Assembly (NCBI GenBank): GCA_003693705.1
Contig: RBZT01000563.1
Coordinates: 62,001-126,000 of the forward strand
Direction: 5' to 3'
DNA from: Polymyxa betae A26-41
Taxonomy: Eukaryota; Protista; Endomyxa: Phytomyxea
Length of the DNA stretch: 64,000 bases
The first letter of the stretch is position 1, and every line of letters begins with the position of its first letter. The notes beneath the pieces are model-generated. The model was not told the DNA's origin. It saw only the letters and a list, made by a program, of their open reading frames with translations, and searched no databases. Shown here piece by piece: positions 12,061 to 24,356 of this stretch. Position numbers and translations under genes: made by a program.

Positions 12061-13280
12061 ATGTCCGTAATCACCGATTTGATAACTGTAATGTCGTCCG
12101 ACCCGGTCGCAGGCCAAGCCGACCTCTTCCCCCAACTCAACACCATTCTTGATGGCGACCCCGACCTGTCCGTCTACCACATCGCTGTCTATCGTAATAT
12201 TTAACTAATTGACAGCGACGAACTGGGCCTCGTTGTGTCGGCTTGCTTCAGCGAGTTTGGTCTGGAACCATCCGGATCGGACTCGCCCTTCTTTCATCAT
12301 GACCACAAACTCGGCATCGCGTTTTGGGCCATCCCATCCATCATCGAGCAAGCTTTGCGCGTCTTTCGCTCGGAGCTGGCCGGACCGGAATTAGGCTCAG
12401 CTTCACGAGCCATCCTACTAATCAACTCCGACCATTACTCTGCCTGGAATCGCCGCCGTCGTATGGTACTCGATGGCGTCGTTCAACCAGCCCAGGATTT
12501 GAAGCTGCTCAACCTGGTTTTTTCGAAACATCCTAAAAGCGGCGAGTCGTGGGCGTATCGTCGCTGGCTGCTATCGCTTCCTGGGACCGTCTTCTGCGAG
12601 GAACTGATGAACAGAGAGATGGCGGTTTGCGATCGTGTTAGCGATATCTACCCACGTAATTACTACGCGTGGTCGCATCGACGATGGCTCTGCGACCAGT
12701 TTCCGGGGAATATTGCGAGGCGCCTGGAGGAATCCGAAGCCTGGATCGCCATGCATGTCTCCGATTATAGCGCTCTGCATTATCGTCTAATGTTGGTTCA
12801 AGATCGGATGAGAAATGGCGAAACCGATTTCGATGGCGAGTTCGAGTTCATCCATGAACTGTGTATTAGGTATCCTGGCCACGAGTCGATTTGGTATTAT
12901 TTGAAAGGACTTTGGGTTGTTATGACAGCTACTTCTGATCCGTCTTACCTGCAGCGGCTACTCAAGGAACGTCGTTTCGTAGAGTATTGTATCGAGCAGG
13001 ATACTGCTGCAAATTATCAGAGTCAGAGAGCGAATGCTGCCTCGTACCTCTTTTACATTTTATTCAGGGTGATGAAATATCTAATTATTCGACTTAGATC
13101 GTTGAGTTGTTGTAGGACCCGGTTCGGAGTGAAGACCTGATATCAGACTTACATCAACTGGCTAGGCAATTACAGACTTGGGCACCGCACCACAGCCGGC
13201 TCTGGCAGAAACTTAGTGCTTTAGTCGATCATAGGACATACTGCTGCGATCAAAATTCCTCTGTAGGAAACAAAACATAG
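12061..13280 (+). CDS. PTAR1: Protein prenyltransferase alpha subunit repeat-containing protein
   Basis: PPTA repeats DHYSAWNRRR, HPKSGESWAYRRWLL, YPRNYYAWSHRRW, HVSDYSALHYR, YPGHESIWYY. N-terminal DELG and HKLGI motifs typical of PTAR1. Confidence 0.8.
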
Positions 13281-13592
13281 CATCCGAATCTAGTCAGTTC
13301 TTGCAACAAAATCATTACTGCCATAAATTGACTTCTAGAAATGAAAAGTTCATCGATCAACAGTCTGCAATGACTGTAGTAAGGACATAGCAGGATAGTT
13401 ATCGAATATCTTGCAATAATCTTGTGAATGTGCAGCATAAACTGTTAATTGATTAGCTTTATTTAACCTGACTGGAAAAAGCAGAGGTCAGTGTAGCCAG
13501 ATGTAACGAAGATTTGACAGGAGCCTGACATTGCTGCGGACTTGTTGTTGATCGTGATCACTGCCTTTCCTGCCAATCGACTCAATCCAACC

Positions 13593-14924
13593 ATGACGAT
13601 GGCGACGCTTGAAAAACCAACCGGCACCGACCCGATTGTGTTCTCGTTAACGTCGATAGCTGGATCTGGTCGTGAGCTGATTGATGAGATCCGCGCTGCT
13701 GCTATGATTCAGACGCTACCGTCTACGACCTGGGCTAAACTCAATCGTCTGCATCTCTCCGGAAAGTCTTTATCACTATCTGCAGCTCAGGTGTTCAGTC
13801 GCGATGCTCTCGCCTTAATCGAGCAGGGAATGCTTACCCATGCCCACCTCAACGATATGATCGCCAGTCGTCCTGAAGTCGAAGCACTTCAGATCCTGAA
13901 TGTTATTGCTGAAGCTTTGGCACCTCATGGGCCATCGCTTACCACGCTGGACCTTTCTGATAACGCTTTAGGCAGGAAAGGTGTCGATGCCGTTGCTCCT
14001 CTGCTGACATCATGCCGAAAAACGCTGAGAACGTTGTCATTCAACAACAACGGGCTGGAAGGGCGCGCTACGACCCAGATTTCACATCTCATGACCAATG
14101 GTCAGCAGATTACAACCCAGCTTACCAAGTTTCATACGTTTAACAACTTGTTGGAGAGTGCTGGAGCTATCGGATTGTCGCCATTGCTGTCGAAATCGCC
14201 ACTGCTTACCGATCTTCGCATCTCGTCAACTCGAATCGGTTCTGAAGGATGTATTGCGATTGCGAGCGCATGCAAACAATCAGGCGCCCCATTTACACGT
14301 CTCGATTTTGCCGATAACAACTTCATGCCAGAGGGTCTGGTTACTTTATGTCGCGACGCGATCGCCAACCTGCCCATGCTGAACTATCTGAATCTATCAG
14401 CGACAGCTATGGGGCTTAAAGGTCTTCGTGCTCTGGAGCAGGCCTTGACCAAAAGTGGTGCTCCAATCGAATATCTCGATATCTCCTGCAATGATCTTCC
14501 GGTGGAGTCGTCGCCCATTCTCGGGAAGTTGTTATCCGCTATTCGCGATACGATTGTACATTTTAAAGCGAGCGAGAACGAACTGGGTAGCGATGGCTGC
14601 ATCGCAGTCGCCCAAGCTATTCGTGGAGCATCTCGATTGACATCATTAGATCTCAGCGTCAATGAAATTACAGAGGCTGGTGCCAAAGTCCTTGCAGACT
14701 GCTTACCACCGTCCCTGAGGCAACTCGAGCTAAACGGCAATGTCATCAGTGCTGCCGGTGTCGAGGCTATTACCGAAGCATGTGGCGATTTCTGCAATCT
14801 GGGCGATATGGATTTAAACGATGAAGAGTACGAAGAAGAAGAGGAAGACGATGAAGACGAATCCGAGGATGAATCAGAGAACGTCAATGCTGTTGCTGAT
14901 TCTGTTAGTTCTTTGAACATTTAG
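13593..14924 (+). CDS. RANGAP1: Ran GTPase-activating protein
   Basis: Ribonuclease-inhibitor-type LRRs, DMIASRPEVEAL (catalytic-loop Arg), LDLSDNALGRKG, acidic C-terminal tail. Intronless. Confidence 0.85.
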   Translation: MTMATLEKPTGTDPIVFSLTSIAGSGRELIDEIRAAAMIQTLPSTTWAKLNRLHLSGKSLSLSAAQVFSRDALALIEQGMLTHAHLNDMIASRPEVEALQILNVIAEALAPHGPSLTTLDLSDNALGRKGVDAVAPLLTSCRKTLRTLSFNNNGLEGRATTQISHLMTNGQQITTQLTKFHTFNNLLESAGAIGLSPLLSKSPLLTDLRISSTRIGSEGCIAIASACKQSGAPFTRLDFADNNFMPEGLVTLCRDAIANLPMLNYLNLSATAMGLKGLRALEQALTKSGAPIEYLDISCNDLPVESSPILGKLLSAIRDTIVHFKASENELGSDGCIAVAQAIRGASRLTSLDLSVNEITEAGAKVLADCLPPSLRQLELNGNVISAAGVEAITEACGDFCNLGDMDLNDEEYEEEEEDDEDESEDESENVNAVADSVSSLNI

Positions 14925-14996
14925 ATTTTTTGGACTTTCAGAAAATACATAATGTAACGATAACACATCAGCTTGAAGTCACACAAATGTCGAATC

Positions 14997-17900
14997 ATGG
15001 GGCTCTCTGTTGAGCCTGTAGCTTCCAAGATAGGAGAGCTTCCGCCATCACAATGGCGAGGGCAAAGGTTCAATTTTGTTAATGAGATGTTTTCACGTCA
15101 GTAACAACAAACGACGTTCAGATTGCGTCAGCAACAAGAACAGGCGAAGTTAATGCAGGAGCAAGAACTGGCAGAAGTTCGTCAGCGGAAACTTCAAGAG
15201 AAACTCGAAGAGCGCCGCCAATTACTGCAGCATTATTCGAATTATGGGATCGTTGGCGACACTGGTGCAGATATTAGCGAATACGTCGGACAGCACGACT
15301 TGCAACAATTAATCAATAGGAATCAGAAACTGCTGAAGCTACCGCCTGTTCTGCAATCTCCCACTCCGACTGTCGTTCTGCCTCCAATAAGATCGAATCC
15401 ATCAGCGGCGCCAAGTGCTTCGGATCGCCAAGCCGCTCCTACCAATATGTCGCAATCCGGATCGTCGCAGTCGGAACGAGATCGACGATATCAGGCGCGA
15501 CAAGCGGAACTCCAATCACAGGCACAACGACGAAAGAATCAAGCAAGGCAGGCTTACCTAGACAAGCTTTTCCAAGAACGGCAAGCTAGCAACATGAGCG
15601 AGGTTCGAAGATTAAATCCTGAAGAACTGCAATCGAATCATTCTGGGAAATTCGGGCTTACTGGTCCATTACAGCCCATCATGATACCGGAGCGAGAGAA
15701 TTCCACCCATCAATATCAGATGAACAAATCTGAGCATCAGGAACCAGCATTCATCTTAGCACACCAATTACATTCATCTGCTGGACAAACCGCCGGCATC
15801 AGCGGCCAGGCCGCAAAAGCTGCCAAGCGGACAGAATCGTCATTCGTTTCCGACAGAAATCAACAAGACGAAGTTCAACAGCATGGAAAAGCGGCTGCTC
15901 GAAGCTGGAACCAACAGGGCACTGATCGGTCGCAGAAAGCGATCAATTCGGCATCCTGGAACCTCGAGTTATCCTCGCAAGAACAGAGCAATCAGAAACC
16001 CGCCTGGGATGACAGAGTTTACGAGTCATCATTTCCAGCAATCACTCCAAGTATGTCGACAGATTCTGACGACAGAACGATGAAACATTTGGATCATGCT
16101 GGCACTTACCAGCCGCGTAAATCGCATGAACCAATTGATATAGATAGCCAGATCCATTCAGGATTGTTTGTCTCTAATAGCTCCTCGAACCACGATCAAA
16201 GTAGAAAGCAAAAGGAATATGCCGAAAACTTACAGCGACAAATTAAACAGAAACATGATTATAATGATAAAGAGCAAGTGGGACAGGCACTGTTCGGTCC
16301 AACAAACCCATCGCCGGACGACCGAAGGAAAAGGCAGAAAGCTTATGCCGAGGCCCTGCAACAACAAATCAGAAAGAAAAGTGCCGATACCGATAAGGAA
16401 CAAGTGCAGCCAGGGCTGTTTGGTCCCAGCAACCAATCCGACGATGATCTAAAAAGAAAACAACAAGCTTATGCCGAAGCCCTGCAACAACAAATCAAAC
16501 AGAAATCTTTTGATTCCGATAAGAACCAAGTGCAGCCGGGTTTGTTTGGTTTTCCAAATCCATCGGACGACGATCGAAGAAGAAAACAAAAAGCTTACGG
16601 CGAGGCCCTGCAACAGCAAATCAAACAGAAATCCACCGATACCGAAAAGGACCACGAGCTTCCGGAATCGTTTGGGCCAAGTAATATATCTCCAAACGAG
16701 CAAAAGAGAAAGAAACAGGATTACGCCAAGGCTCTTGAAGATCAAATCAAACAGAAGCAAGTCGGTCGCTGGCAAGATCGAAATGAATCACCACCTGGAA
16801 AAAATGCACATTATAGCGCTCTTCAGGAACATAATAACAGGAGCGAGAAACACGAATCAATCCGCTCCGCTCCACTCGAATTTAGCTCCGAGCAGAACAC
16901 ACGGTTAAAGAAAGAGGTGTACGCGAAGGCTTTACAAGACCAAATTGAACGTGAGAAAGGAAGAAGACAGCGATCGCATCACGCTGCAGAGAGAAGCGCG
17001 TCACCATTTCTCAACGTTGGAGAACGACCCCGTGACGATTCGAAACAGAAGAAATTCGAATACGCTCAAGAGCTACAAGCACAAATACAAGAACAGGCTT
17101 CCAATAATTTGAAGAATCGCGATCTGGAAGACAGTTATTCATCAGCGCGGTTGAAATCGGAACATTGGGGCAGCCGCCATCCTGGAGAACGAAAAGACTA
17201 TCAGCAAGGCATTACAGGACGGAGAGTGGGATCTGTGAATAGCGACTCCGCATTGACCGGTTGTGGTGAAAGGGAGCGTCAACAGGATCAGAATCGGAAA
17301 AGGGAAGAATACGCTCGCGAATTACAGAAACAAATCGAGGCGCAACGACAAAAGAAAAAGGAAGAAGACGAGATGTTCGTGCAACAGGAAAACGTAATGC
17401 GTCAAGGTCAGCACACCGACTACGAACGTTTCCCAAGTAGTGACAGGCAGGAGACTCGTGTTGGTCTTGAGACAGAACTCTCCAGAATGGACAGTCCAGT
17501 TGCTGTTCCCCGCGAAGAAAATTCAGAGAGTTCGAAGCAAATCAGAGCGACGATTACGGAGCAGATGAAGAAAAGGACGAAGGCTGAAGAATATCGTCTT
17601 GCGTTGCAACAGCAGGTGGAGGCCAGGGAGCGACAAAAGCAGGAAGAAAAAGCCAGAGAGGCCGAAGAAGAAGCCAAGCTGATGAGGAAGATTGAGAAAG
17701 AGAATGAAGAAATAGCTCGTCAGATTGCTTTAGAGAAGGCACGAGAGCAAGCCCAGAAAAGGCGCGCCTTGGAAGCAGCTGCTGTGGCAGAAGAATCCAC
17801 GAGAAAAGAAAGGGCTAAGCGAAATCCTGTTCAGGATTCAGCACAGCCATCGGGCGAAACCGGACATGCCGACAGAGCAGAACAACCAGAACCGCTCCTG

Positions 17901-18706
17901 GCAATCCCTGGCAATGTGGCTCGTAAAATGTCAATTCCGAAGATTGAGGAGCACCAAAAGTCGATGGGTGAAATCGTTGACGGGAAACGGATTATAGACG
18001 AGATGAAATCGCTAACTGATATGATTCTATGTCGCCAGGCAGATCTCGAGAAACGCTTCAATACCGGGCTGGAATCGTTGTCGCAACAGAACAAAATCGT
18101 TCATGCGGTGGAATCCGGTCATGCTTTACAACATGCAGAAGTTGATCAATCGATCGTGACCAGATCAGAATGGATTCCGGCTCCAAGCGAGCCTGACCGA
18201 CCTGAATCGGCGGACGGTTATAATAGTATGCCAGATCCAGCAATACGATCATCGTTAGCGTCACTTAGTAAGCTGGTTTACGAAGAAAAGAGGATTGAAG
18301 AAATCTCAGAATATGGCTCACAATCGGATCCTGATGATTGTGTATCTGAAATAGTAGAAGAGCCACAGCACAACGACAATATTATTGAAATCGAAGCTAA
18401 GCCAGACGAACGTCATGACGCTTCAAGATCCCACACGATGAATATCGATACTGTATATGAAAGGAATCAGCTTCGATTAAAGGCGCTTGCGGTTAGTATA
18501 TTGATTGAGAGATTCAGTAGGGATTGACTTTGATGTAGGCTTGCAAGCAGAGAAGCACCGAGGAGCGAATAGTAGCCTATCTGAAAGGCATAGATGCATG
18601 CTATCTCGATGATGACAGCGACGATGACGACGAAATCGATAACCAAAGCATGGTTGCAGAGACAAGATGGTTAGCAAGTGATCCAAGACATAGACGAATA
18701 GTGTAA
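14997..18706 (+). CDS. CSPP1/CCDC66-like centrosomal/ciliary coiled-coil protein
   Basis: Repeated K..YA..LQ.QI motif and C-terminal MNIDTVYERNQLRLKAL resembling CSPP1. Short introns near 15068-15121 and 18492-18538. Confidence 0.6.
16149..16778 (+). repeat. Coding tandem repeat, 5 x 126 bp (42 aa)
   Basis: Units start at 16149, 16275, 16401, 16527 and 16653 (QV.PGLFGP.N.S.DD.K.KQKAYAEALQQQIKQKS.D.DK). Confidence 0.9.
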
Positions 18707-19140
18707 TAAATACTAGTACCATATAATTACATGGCACCTGTCAAGCTAGAAGCGGAACCAACAGCTATATCGATGCTTAACAGGCATTAGGGTTTCCCTC
18801 TTAGTGGACGATAATGCAACCGGGAGTAACAGAGGGGTTCAGTCATGGGAACAGAAGAAGGCTTACCTATAAAACTTCTGAAGATTTGAGACATTGGAGC
18901 ATATGCTGAATCTGGTCAGAAATAGAACAATCCAGTGGAGTCATGGTGTGTCAATAATCATCAAGCCGAATTTAGTCTCTTTACTTAGTAATGCACCCGG
19001 GCGAGATGCTTGGTATTCATAAAGACAATACTGCTTATTGTAAAATTCCTTCAATATAAATCCGCTTATTGCACAGTTCATTGAATATGAATAAATATAC
19101 TAGGAATGCCATTCGAGAGTGTATCATGGCAGGGTCACAA

Positions 19141-19182
19141 ACTCCATGGTCTGATGATCAACAGACCATCAGACCATGAAGT
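19141..19182. repeat. Intergenic inverted repeat (hairpin)
   Basis: CATGGTCTGATG / CATCAGACCATG perfect 12-bp arms, extendable with two mismatches around an AACA loop. Confidence 0.7.
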
Positions 19183-19265
19183 CGGTAACATTACTAGCTG
19201 TATAGTACTGTATTATCATGATAGAGAACCCTCATAGCAGTTATTGAATAGATGATTAGTCTCAC

Positions 19266-20764
19266 ATGGTTGCCGTCAGCCCATACTCGTCGCCGCCCAG
19301 ATCGCCGAGATCGGCTGCCAGCTTACGCCAGAATTCGCTGCCTTCCGATCTGGTCGACACGAGAATCAAGGTCATTTTGCTGTCAGCATTCGACGAAGAT
19401 TCAGACGGTCTGCCTTCTATCCTGTTGGCCTCTGCTAGTCCTTAGTCATCATAGGGCTTCAGAAATTGTTAGATGACCCGTCCTGTCATCGATCCGGAGT
19501 CGTTCGTAGCGAGAAAATATCAGTTTATGTTTATATAGACAAAGCAGTAGTGCAGCAATGCCAATGGAATCAATCCGATATTGATTCTATGATCGTTGAT
19601 ATAACACTACATGAATGTCAGGCTCCTTCAACAAAAAGCAGGTATTATCCCAGCTCTGATTCCAGCTCGAATATTCATCCCGATTCGGCCGATAAGGCTT
19701 TAAAAGCCCGGCCAAGTCCAGTGATTTTCCCTGAGGGCTCAGTTTGCTATATTGTCGAGATTTCAATCGGAGAGGGCGCGTACGATGAGATTCGAGCTCA
19801 CATACAACTGCCCGCTAGGTCATATCTCCATTATTGAAAGCAATTTGTGAGAAAGTATTCATTATGGTTTAGGGCGAATAATATTGACGATGTTTCTCGG
19901 ATAGACATTGACGATTTGAGCGTTTTCAAATCTGCTACGCCAGGCTGTAATCTTCTGAAAACACTTTCACGTAATGAAGAGAGAGGCGCGGGTAGCAGGA
20001 CGGCTTTGCTGTAATGTCAATTTCTCATCGTCAGTTCAGGGATTGTTGGACAGCGTTTTTTGTCATCGCTAAAAATCGAAATGATTGAGCCGCTTCAAAT
20101 CGAATGGGATCGCGAAATTCTGGAATCCACAGTTTTTTGGTCGATTCGCGTTCGAAATCGTCTACAAAATGAAGCAATGGTGATTCATCGAGTTCGCCTT
20201 TTATTCTCAAGCCTTGAAGAGAGCTTGGTGTGCATGAACCGGGATCGACTCCCTATTAGCTTACAGCCCGAAGAACTGTATTGTTTTGTCTTCTCTGTAT
20301 CGAATTCCTGCAAATCGATCCCGCTTACATCGCTAACATTGCAATCGGCTACATTATCTTCGCCGATTATGTATCAAGTGCAACTTACTGTAAAGGATCG
20401 TGACGAAGCTCCATTAAGTGTGCATTTAGAATGTGCTCCAGAAGTGCTTAACCATTCGACGTTCTCTGTGGCTGTGACAATCTCCAACAGTGGTCCAACC
20501 ATTCGTAATCTCGACCTTAAATACGAACCTGCTCGTCCCGATAACGAATCTGTTGTGAAACCCTTTTTAAGCTTGGACAAGTGCATTGATATTGGCACCT
20601 TGGTTTCAGGCCAGACGACATCTGCAACCCTACATTTCCTAGCTCTGAGAGAAGGGTTGATAAGTCTTTCCAATATTACTATCATGTCGAGGTCCTCGGG
20701 CGAAAAGTTCGTACAAGATCGTCCATTGGTTATATTAGTAACTCGAGAGCTGGTCGCGAATTGA
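19266..20764 (+). CDS. TRAPP-associated (TRAPPC13/TRAPPC14/Trs65-like) Ig-fold protein, multi-exon
   Basis: C-terminal FSVAVTISN..IRNLDL...IDIGTLVSGQTTSATLHFLALREGL..LSNITI resembles Trs65/TRAPPC13 C-domains. LQPEELYCFVF motif. Confidence 0.5.
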
Positions 20765-21125
20765 ATTCGATAACGTTCACTTTTGAAAGTAAACAAAAAC
20801 GCTTGCTTCTAGCAAGCAGCCGAATAAACAACCTCAGACGTAACAATCTCTGGAAGTCTTCTTGACATCGCCTTCTTTATAATGTTCTCATGGATATCCA
20901 CAATCGTGTACAAGGGCGATTAAATAATGGTGAATGCTGTCTAAGCTGGTTTTCATATTATGGTGAGAATGTCCGTCCTGTCTTTATGCGGTCTCCCTGT
21001 TAGAGTCAAATTAATCTCTGCTGATTATTACTCATTTATTACCGATTGGGGGTCGTTTATCATGTTGGGCGCAAGACAACCCTTCATTGGCTAAATTGAT
21101 CGGTTCCCGATTCCAGGACCTTTCC

Positions 21126-22989
21126 ATGCCCAATTATGACCATCAGCCTCTTGTCGCTCAATTCAGCTCCAGAAACTTGACCTCCGATCAGCTACACAAG
21201 GCCACTCAGATCGTTCCGGTTCCCACCGGAAATCTGTTTCATTCAGGGTCGAAAAATCTCGTTCGATGGAAGACGCTATTGCTGTTGCTCGTCGCTTATG
21301 ATGCCTTTATTCTTCCGTTCGAATGGGTGTTTATACGAATTAATCGATATACGCCATTCGCATTGTATATCAGTTTATTTATCGATGCGATGTTTGTTCT
21401 TGATATCATTGTACATTTCAACACGGCCCGGCTCATAAATGGGTCATGGGTTACGAACCGGTCGGAGCTCGCCCGCCGTTATCTCAGAACCTGGTTCTTC
21501 GTCGACGCCATTTCCGCCATTCCCTTTGAAATAGTTTTCAACTTGCATCTGCGTTGGCTTAAATTTGTTCGTATATTCGGACTGCTTCGGGTCGTGAAGT
21601 TCTCCAGGATGGCACACAGCATTCAAGCGAATTTCAAACTGTCTGCGAGTGTTTACCGAGTTATCAGATTCGGTATGACGTAGCTCCTATTCTGCTCTAA
21701 TTGATATTAATACTTCATAGTGGTGATGGTTATATTTGGGATCCATTGGTGTGCTTGCATATTTTGGGTTCTGAATAAAAGTCATCTGAAAGGCGATCCT
21801 GACAGTTTATCGAAACCGATCAAAAACTTTGTTGATAGTCTCTTGTGGTCGACATCCACTATCATTCCGATTGGGTTTGTAATATTGTATTGTTTTTTGC
21901 TTCTGTTCAGTTATTCATATTCTGTCAGATATGGCGATGTTCGTGCGATGACTGCTAGCGCTCGTCTTTTTGGAGTCGCCGTGATGGTAAGTTCAAGTTT
22001 ACTATAGCTTCTTACACTCTGGTAAGTGATAATAGGCATTCGGCGTTGTACTTTTCACATTCGCCATTACGAAAGGAGTCGGATTGGTTCAAGAGCTCGC
22101 TGATATTGAAAAACGTCGCTTTGAGTCAAAAATGGACCAGGTTGAAGAGGTACTGGAATACGTGGACGTTCCTGAAAATTTATGGGACTTGATCACATAT
22201 TTTTTCGAGTATAACCAAGAGTCCCGTACACCTGCGATGTGCAACGAAATGTCGCTGATTGAAACCCTTTCACGTCAGCTGCGTAGTGAGATGATCAGCG
22301 TCGTTAACGCATACGAAACTGATGACTTGTTTGTGCTCGATTGTGTTTTTGCAATGCAAACGAAATGCTTTCCGCCAAATGATGATCTCACCATGTTGAT
22401 GAATGGATTTTTGTGTTGCGTCGTTGACGGCTCCCTAATCTTCGAAGACCGAATGATTGGCCCAGGGGCACGATTCGGTCGCCTTTCAGCAAACCGCCAA
22501 GGGAAAGATCAGAAAGGTCCTGTAACAAGAACCTGGTGCCGAATTAGCGTTCTGGATCGAGACACGCTGATTCCCATTTTGGTTAAGCACCGTCAAGTGC
22601 AGAAAAGCTTGTGTGGTAAAGATGGTCTGCGATTACGTCCTGTAATTAACCGACCCAGCCGGTCTGGCTGGGTTAACGAGATTGTCGACCATCTATCTCG
22701 AGAACAATGTCAGGCTCTGTCGCTAATGGTTGACGGCTTCCGAGCTCGCCTGGAACATCAGGAAAATCTCATTCGAGGAGTTGATCGCATATTCGCTGAA
22801 GATATTGCCAGACGGCCATCGTCTCTGCCCGGGTCACCTCCTTCTGGACGAGCAGCAGCTTTCACTCTCGATGCATTCTCTACGCCTTCAATATTGCCCA
22901 ACTCAAGCTCACCGCAGACAACAACAAATGATTTAGATTCATTCCGTCTTGACGCTGATCCAAATGCAGCGAATGACAATAATAATTGA
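21126..22989 (+). CDS. Voltage-gated cation channel of the cyclic-nucleotide-binding-domain (KCNH/HCN/plant Shaker) superfamily
   Basis: S1-S4 (FVLDIIVHFNTA, RRYLRTWFFVDAISAIPFE, LRWLKFVRIFGLLRVVK), IHWCACIF. Pore STIIPIG|YGD across intron 21875-21928. C-linker and CNBD-like region follow. Confidence 0.85.
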
Positions 22990-23032
22990 ATGCAAATATA
23001 AATTATATACGTATTATTGTTACCAATAATTC

Positions 23033-23908
23033 TCACCCAGCAACCTGCTGGTTTGCTGGAACATTATCGGTTTGACTTACAATGACTTGATCGCATATGG
23101 GACATCGAAACTTGGGGTCCGCGAGACGGCTTCCTTTTAAGCAATAATAGCAAAAAAGATGACCGCAGGAGGCCATACTTGGCGTGCAAACTGCATCGGA
23201 TCGAAGACAGATTCCACACTGGACGCCCTCCAGATCCGGCTGTCGATGGAATTGTGATTTTAAGACACTTCGAACAAAGGAATGCAATCGTTGGGTGTTC
23301 AAAAGAGGGACAATGAAAAGCAGAAAATCAGAGGCCCCTGCCCAGATCAGCTCTTGATTCATGAAATCGAAAGCGATTTGCCTGCTAACTCTAGCTTGTC
23401 TGTAGCGATATGTTATTCCAGCAAGACGCTCGCTGAAGGTTCGATATGCGGCACCATATAAGAAAGCTAACAGGTTACCAATTCGAACGAGCTGGGCAGC
23501 TCCAAGGGCGTATCGATTCGGTTCAAAACGAAACCTTTCCAATAAATATGGAATAACAATATCGATCATGGCATAGATTGTCAAAGACTGTGAAGATCGC
23601 ACAGCTGGCTGTAAGTTCTGCAGAATCTGACCTGGTGTTGGCTTCTGCTTCATCAAAGTCATCGTAAAAATAAACACAGATAGTCCATGCTTCAATTCAG
23701 GTTCAAATCGGTCAGTGAAAGCAGGCGATAGTAGCGAGGACAGACCAGACCAGATATGCGATCGACATTCAGAATCCAGCTCCAGAGCATCGAGCTGGTT
23801 AACACGCTGCACCGGCGCAGGAGATAGCTGCTTAGGCTGATTGTCTGCCGATGAGCGGATCCAGTTCTGAGCCGAACGAAACGACTCCGAAACCGAACTT
23901 GGATCCAT
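23033..23908 (-). CDS. PEX2: Peroxin-2 RING E3 ligase
   Basis: RVNQLDALELD, PTPGQILQNL, RQIAFDFMNQELIW, C-terminal C3HC4 RING (CGIC...CGHLFCYYC...CPIC). Confidence 0.92.
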   Translation of the reverse strand: MDPSSVSESFRSAQNWIRSSADNQPKQLSPAPVQRVNQLDALELDSECRSHIWSGLSSLLSPAFTDRFEPELKHGLSVFIFTMTLMKQKPTPGQILQNLQPAVRSSQSLTIYAMIDIVIPYLLERFRFEPNRYALGAAQLVRIGNLLAFLYGAAYRTFSERLAGITYRYRQARVSRQIAFDFMNQELIWAGASDFLLFIVPLLNTQRLHSFVRSVLKSQFHRQPDLEGVQCGICLRSDAVCTPSMASCGHLFCYYCLKGSRLADPKFRCPICDQVIVSQTDNVPANQQVAG

Positions 23909-24356
23909 TGCTGAATGTGGCGATCACGGAATCGATATGTGCGAATCGATCAGCGCTCCGTAATACCTAAACCACAGCTTGGTTCTGATCTTGTATTCCT
24001 CATACCTTGGCAACTGATACCACCTCCATAGCTAAAGAAATGCAAACGAAATGGTCAGAAGCGCTGATGAGGGTGCCACAACAGGCTCGAGACTGTATCG
24101 AATTCACAGGTAATCGTTGGGAGTGGCCTCCGGTGGACTCGAGGGGCCTCTGGTCCAGCCGGGACCGCCGACTCTGCCAGGCGTCTAAGTGGCTCGCGCA
24201 CGTGTTGCCTGTAACGGAATCGTGGGGCCCGGACGGAATAACGAAATCTACCTGTTTGGAGGGGTCGTGGGGTCGTGGGGTTCCTTTTCTTTTCAAGATT
24301 TGTTTTGTTTTGGGGTGGTGGGCACCGCCACACCATTTCGTCTCGATCATTTCATT

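Noticed and set aside
14384-14920. 178-aa Ser-rich minus-strand ORF
   Set aside because: Antisense of RanGAP; the poly-Ser mirrors the acidic tail codons.
16149-16778. CRISPR-like periodic repeats
   Set aside because: In-frame coding repeats with no unique spacers, in a eukaryotic gene.
18787-18800. Telomere-like TTAGGGTTT
   Set aside because: Single unit, expected by chance.
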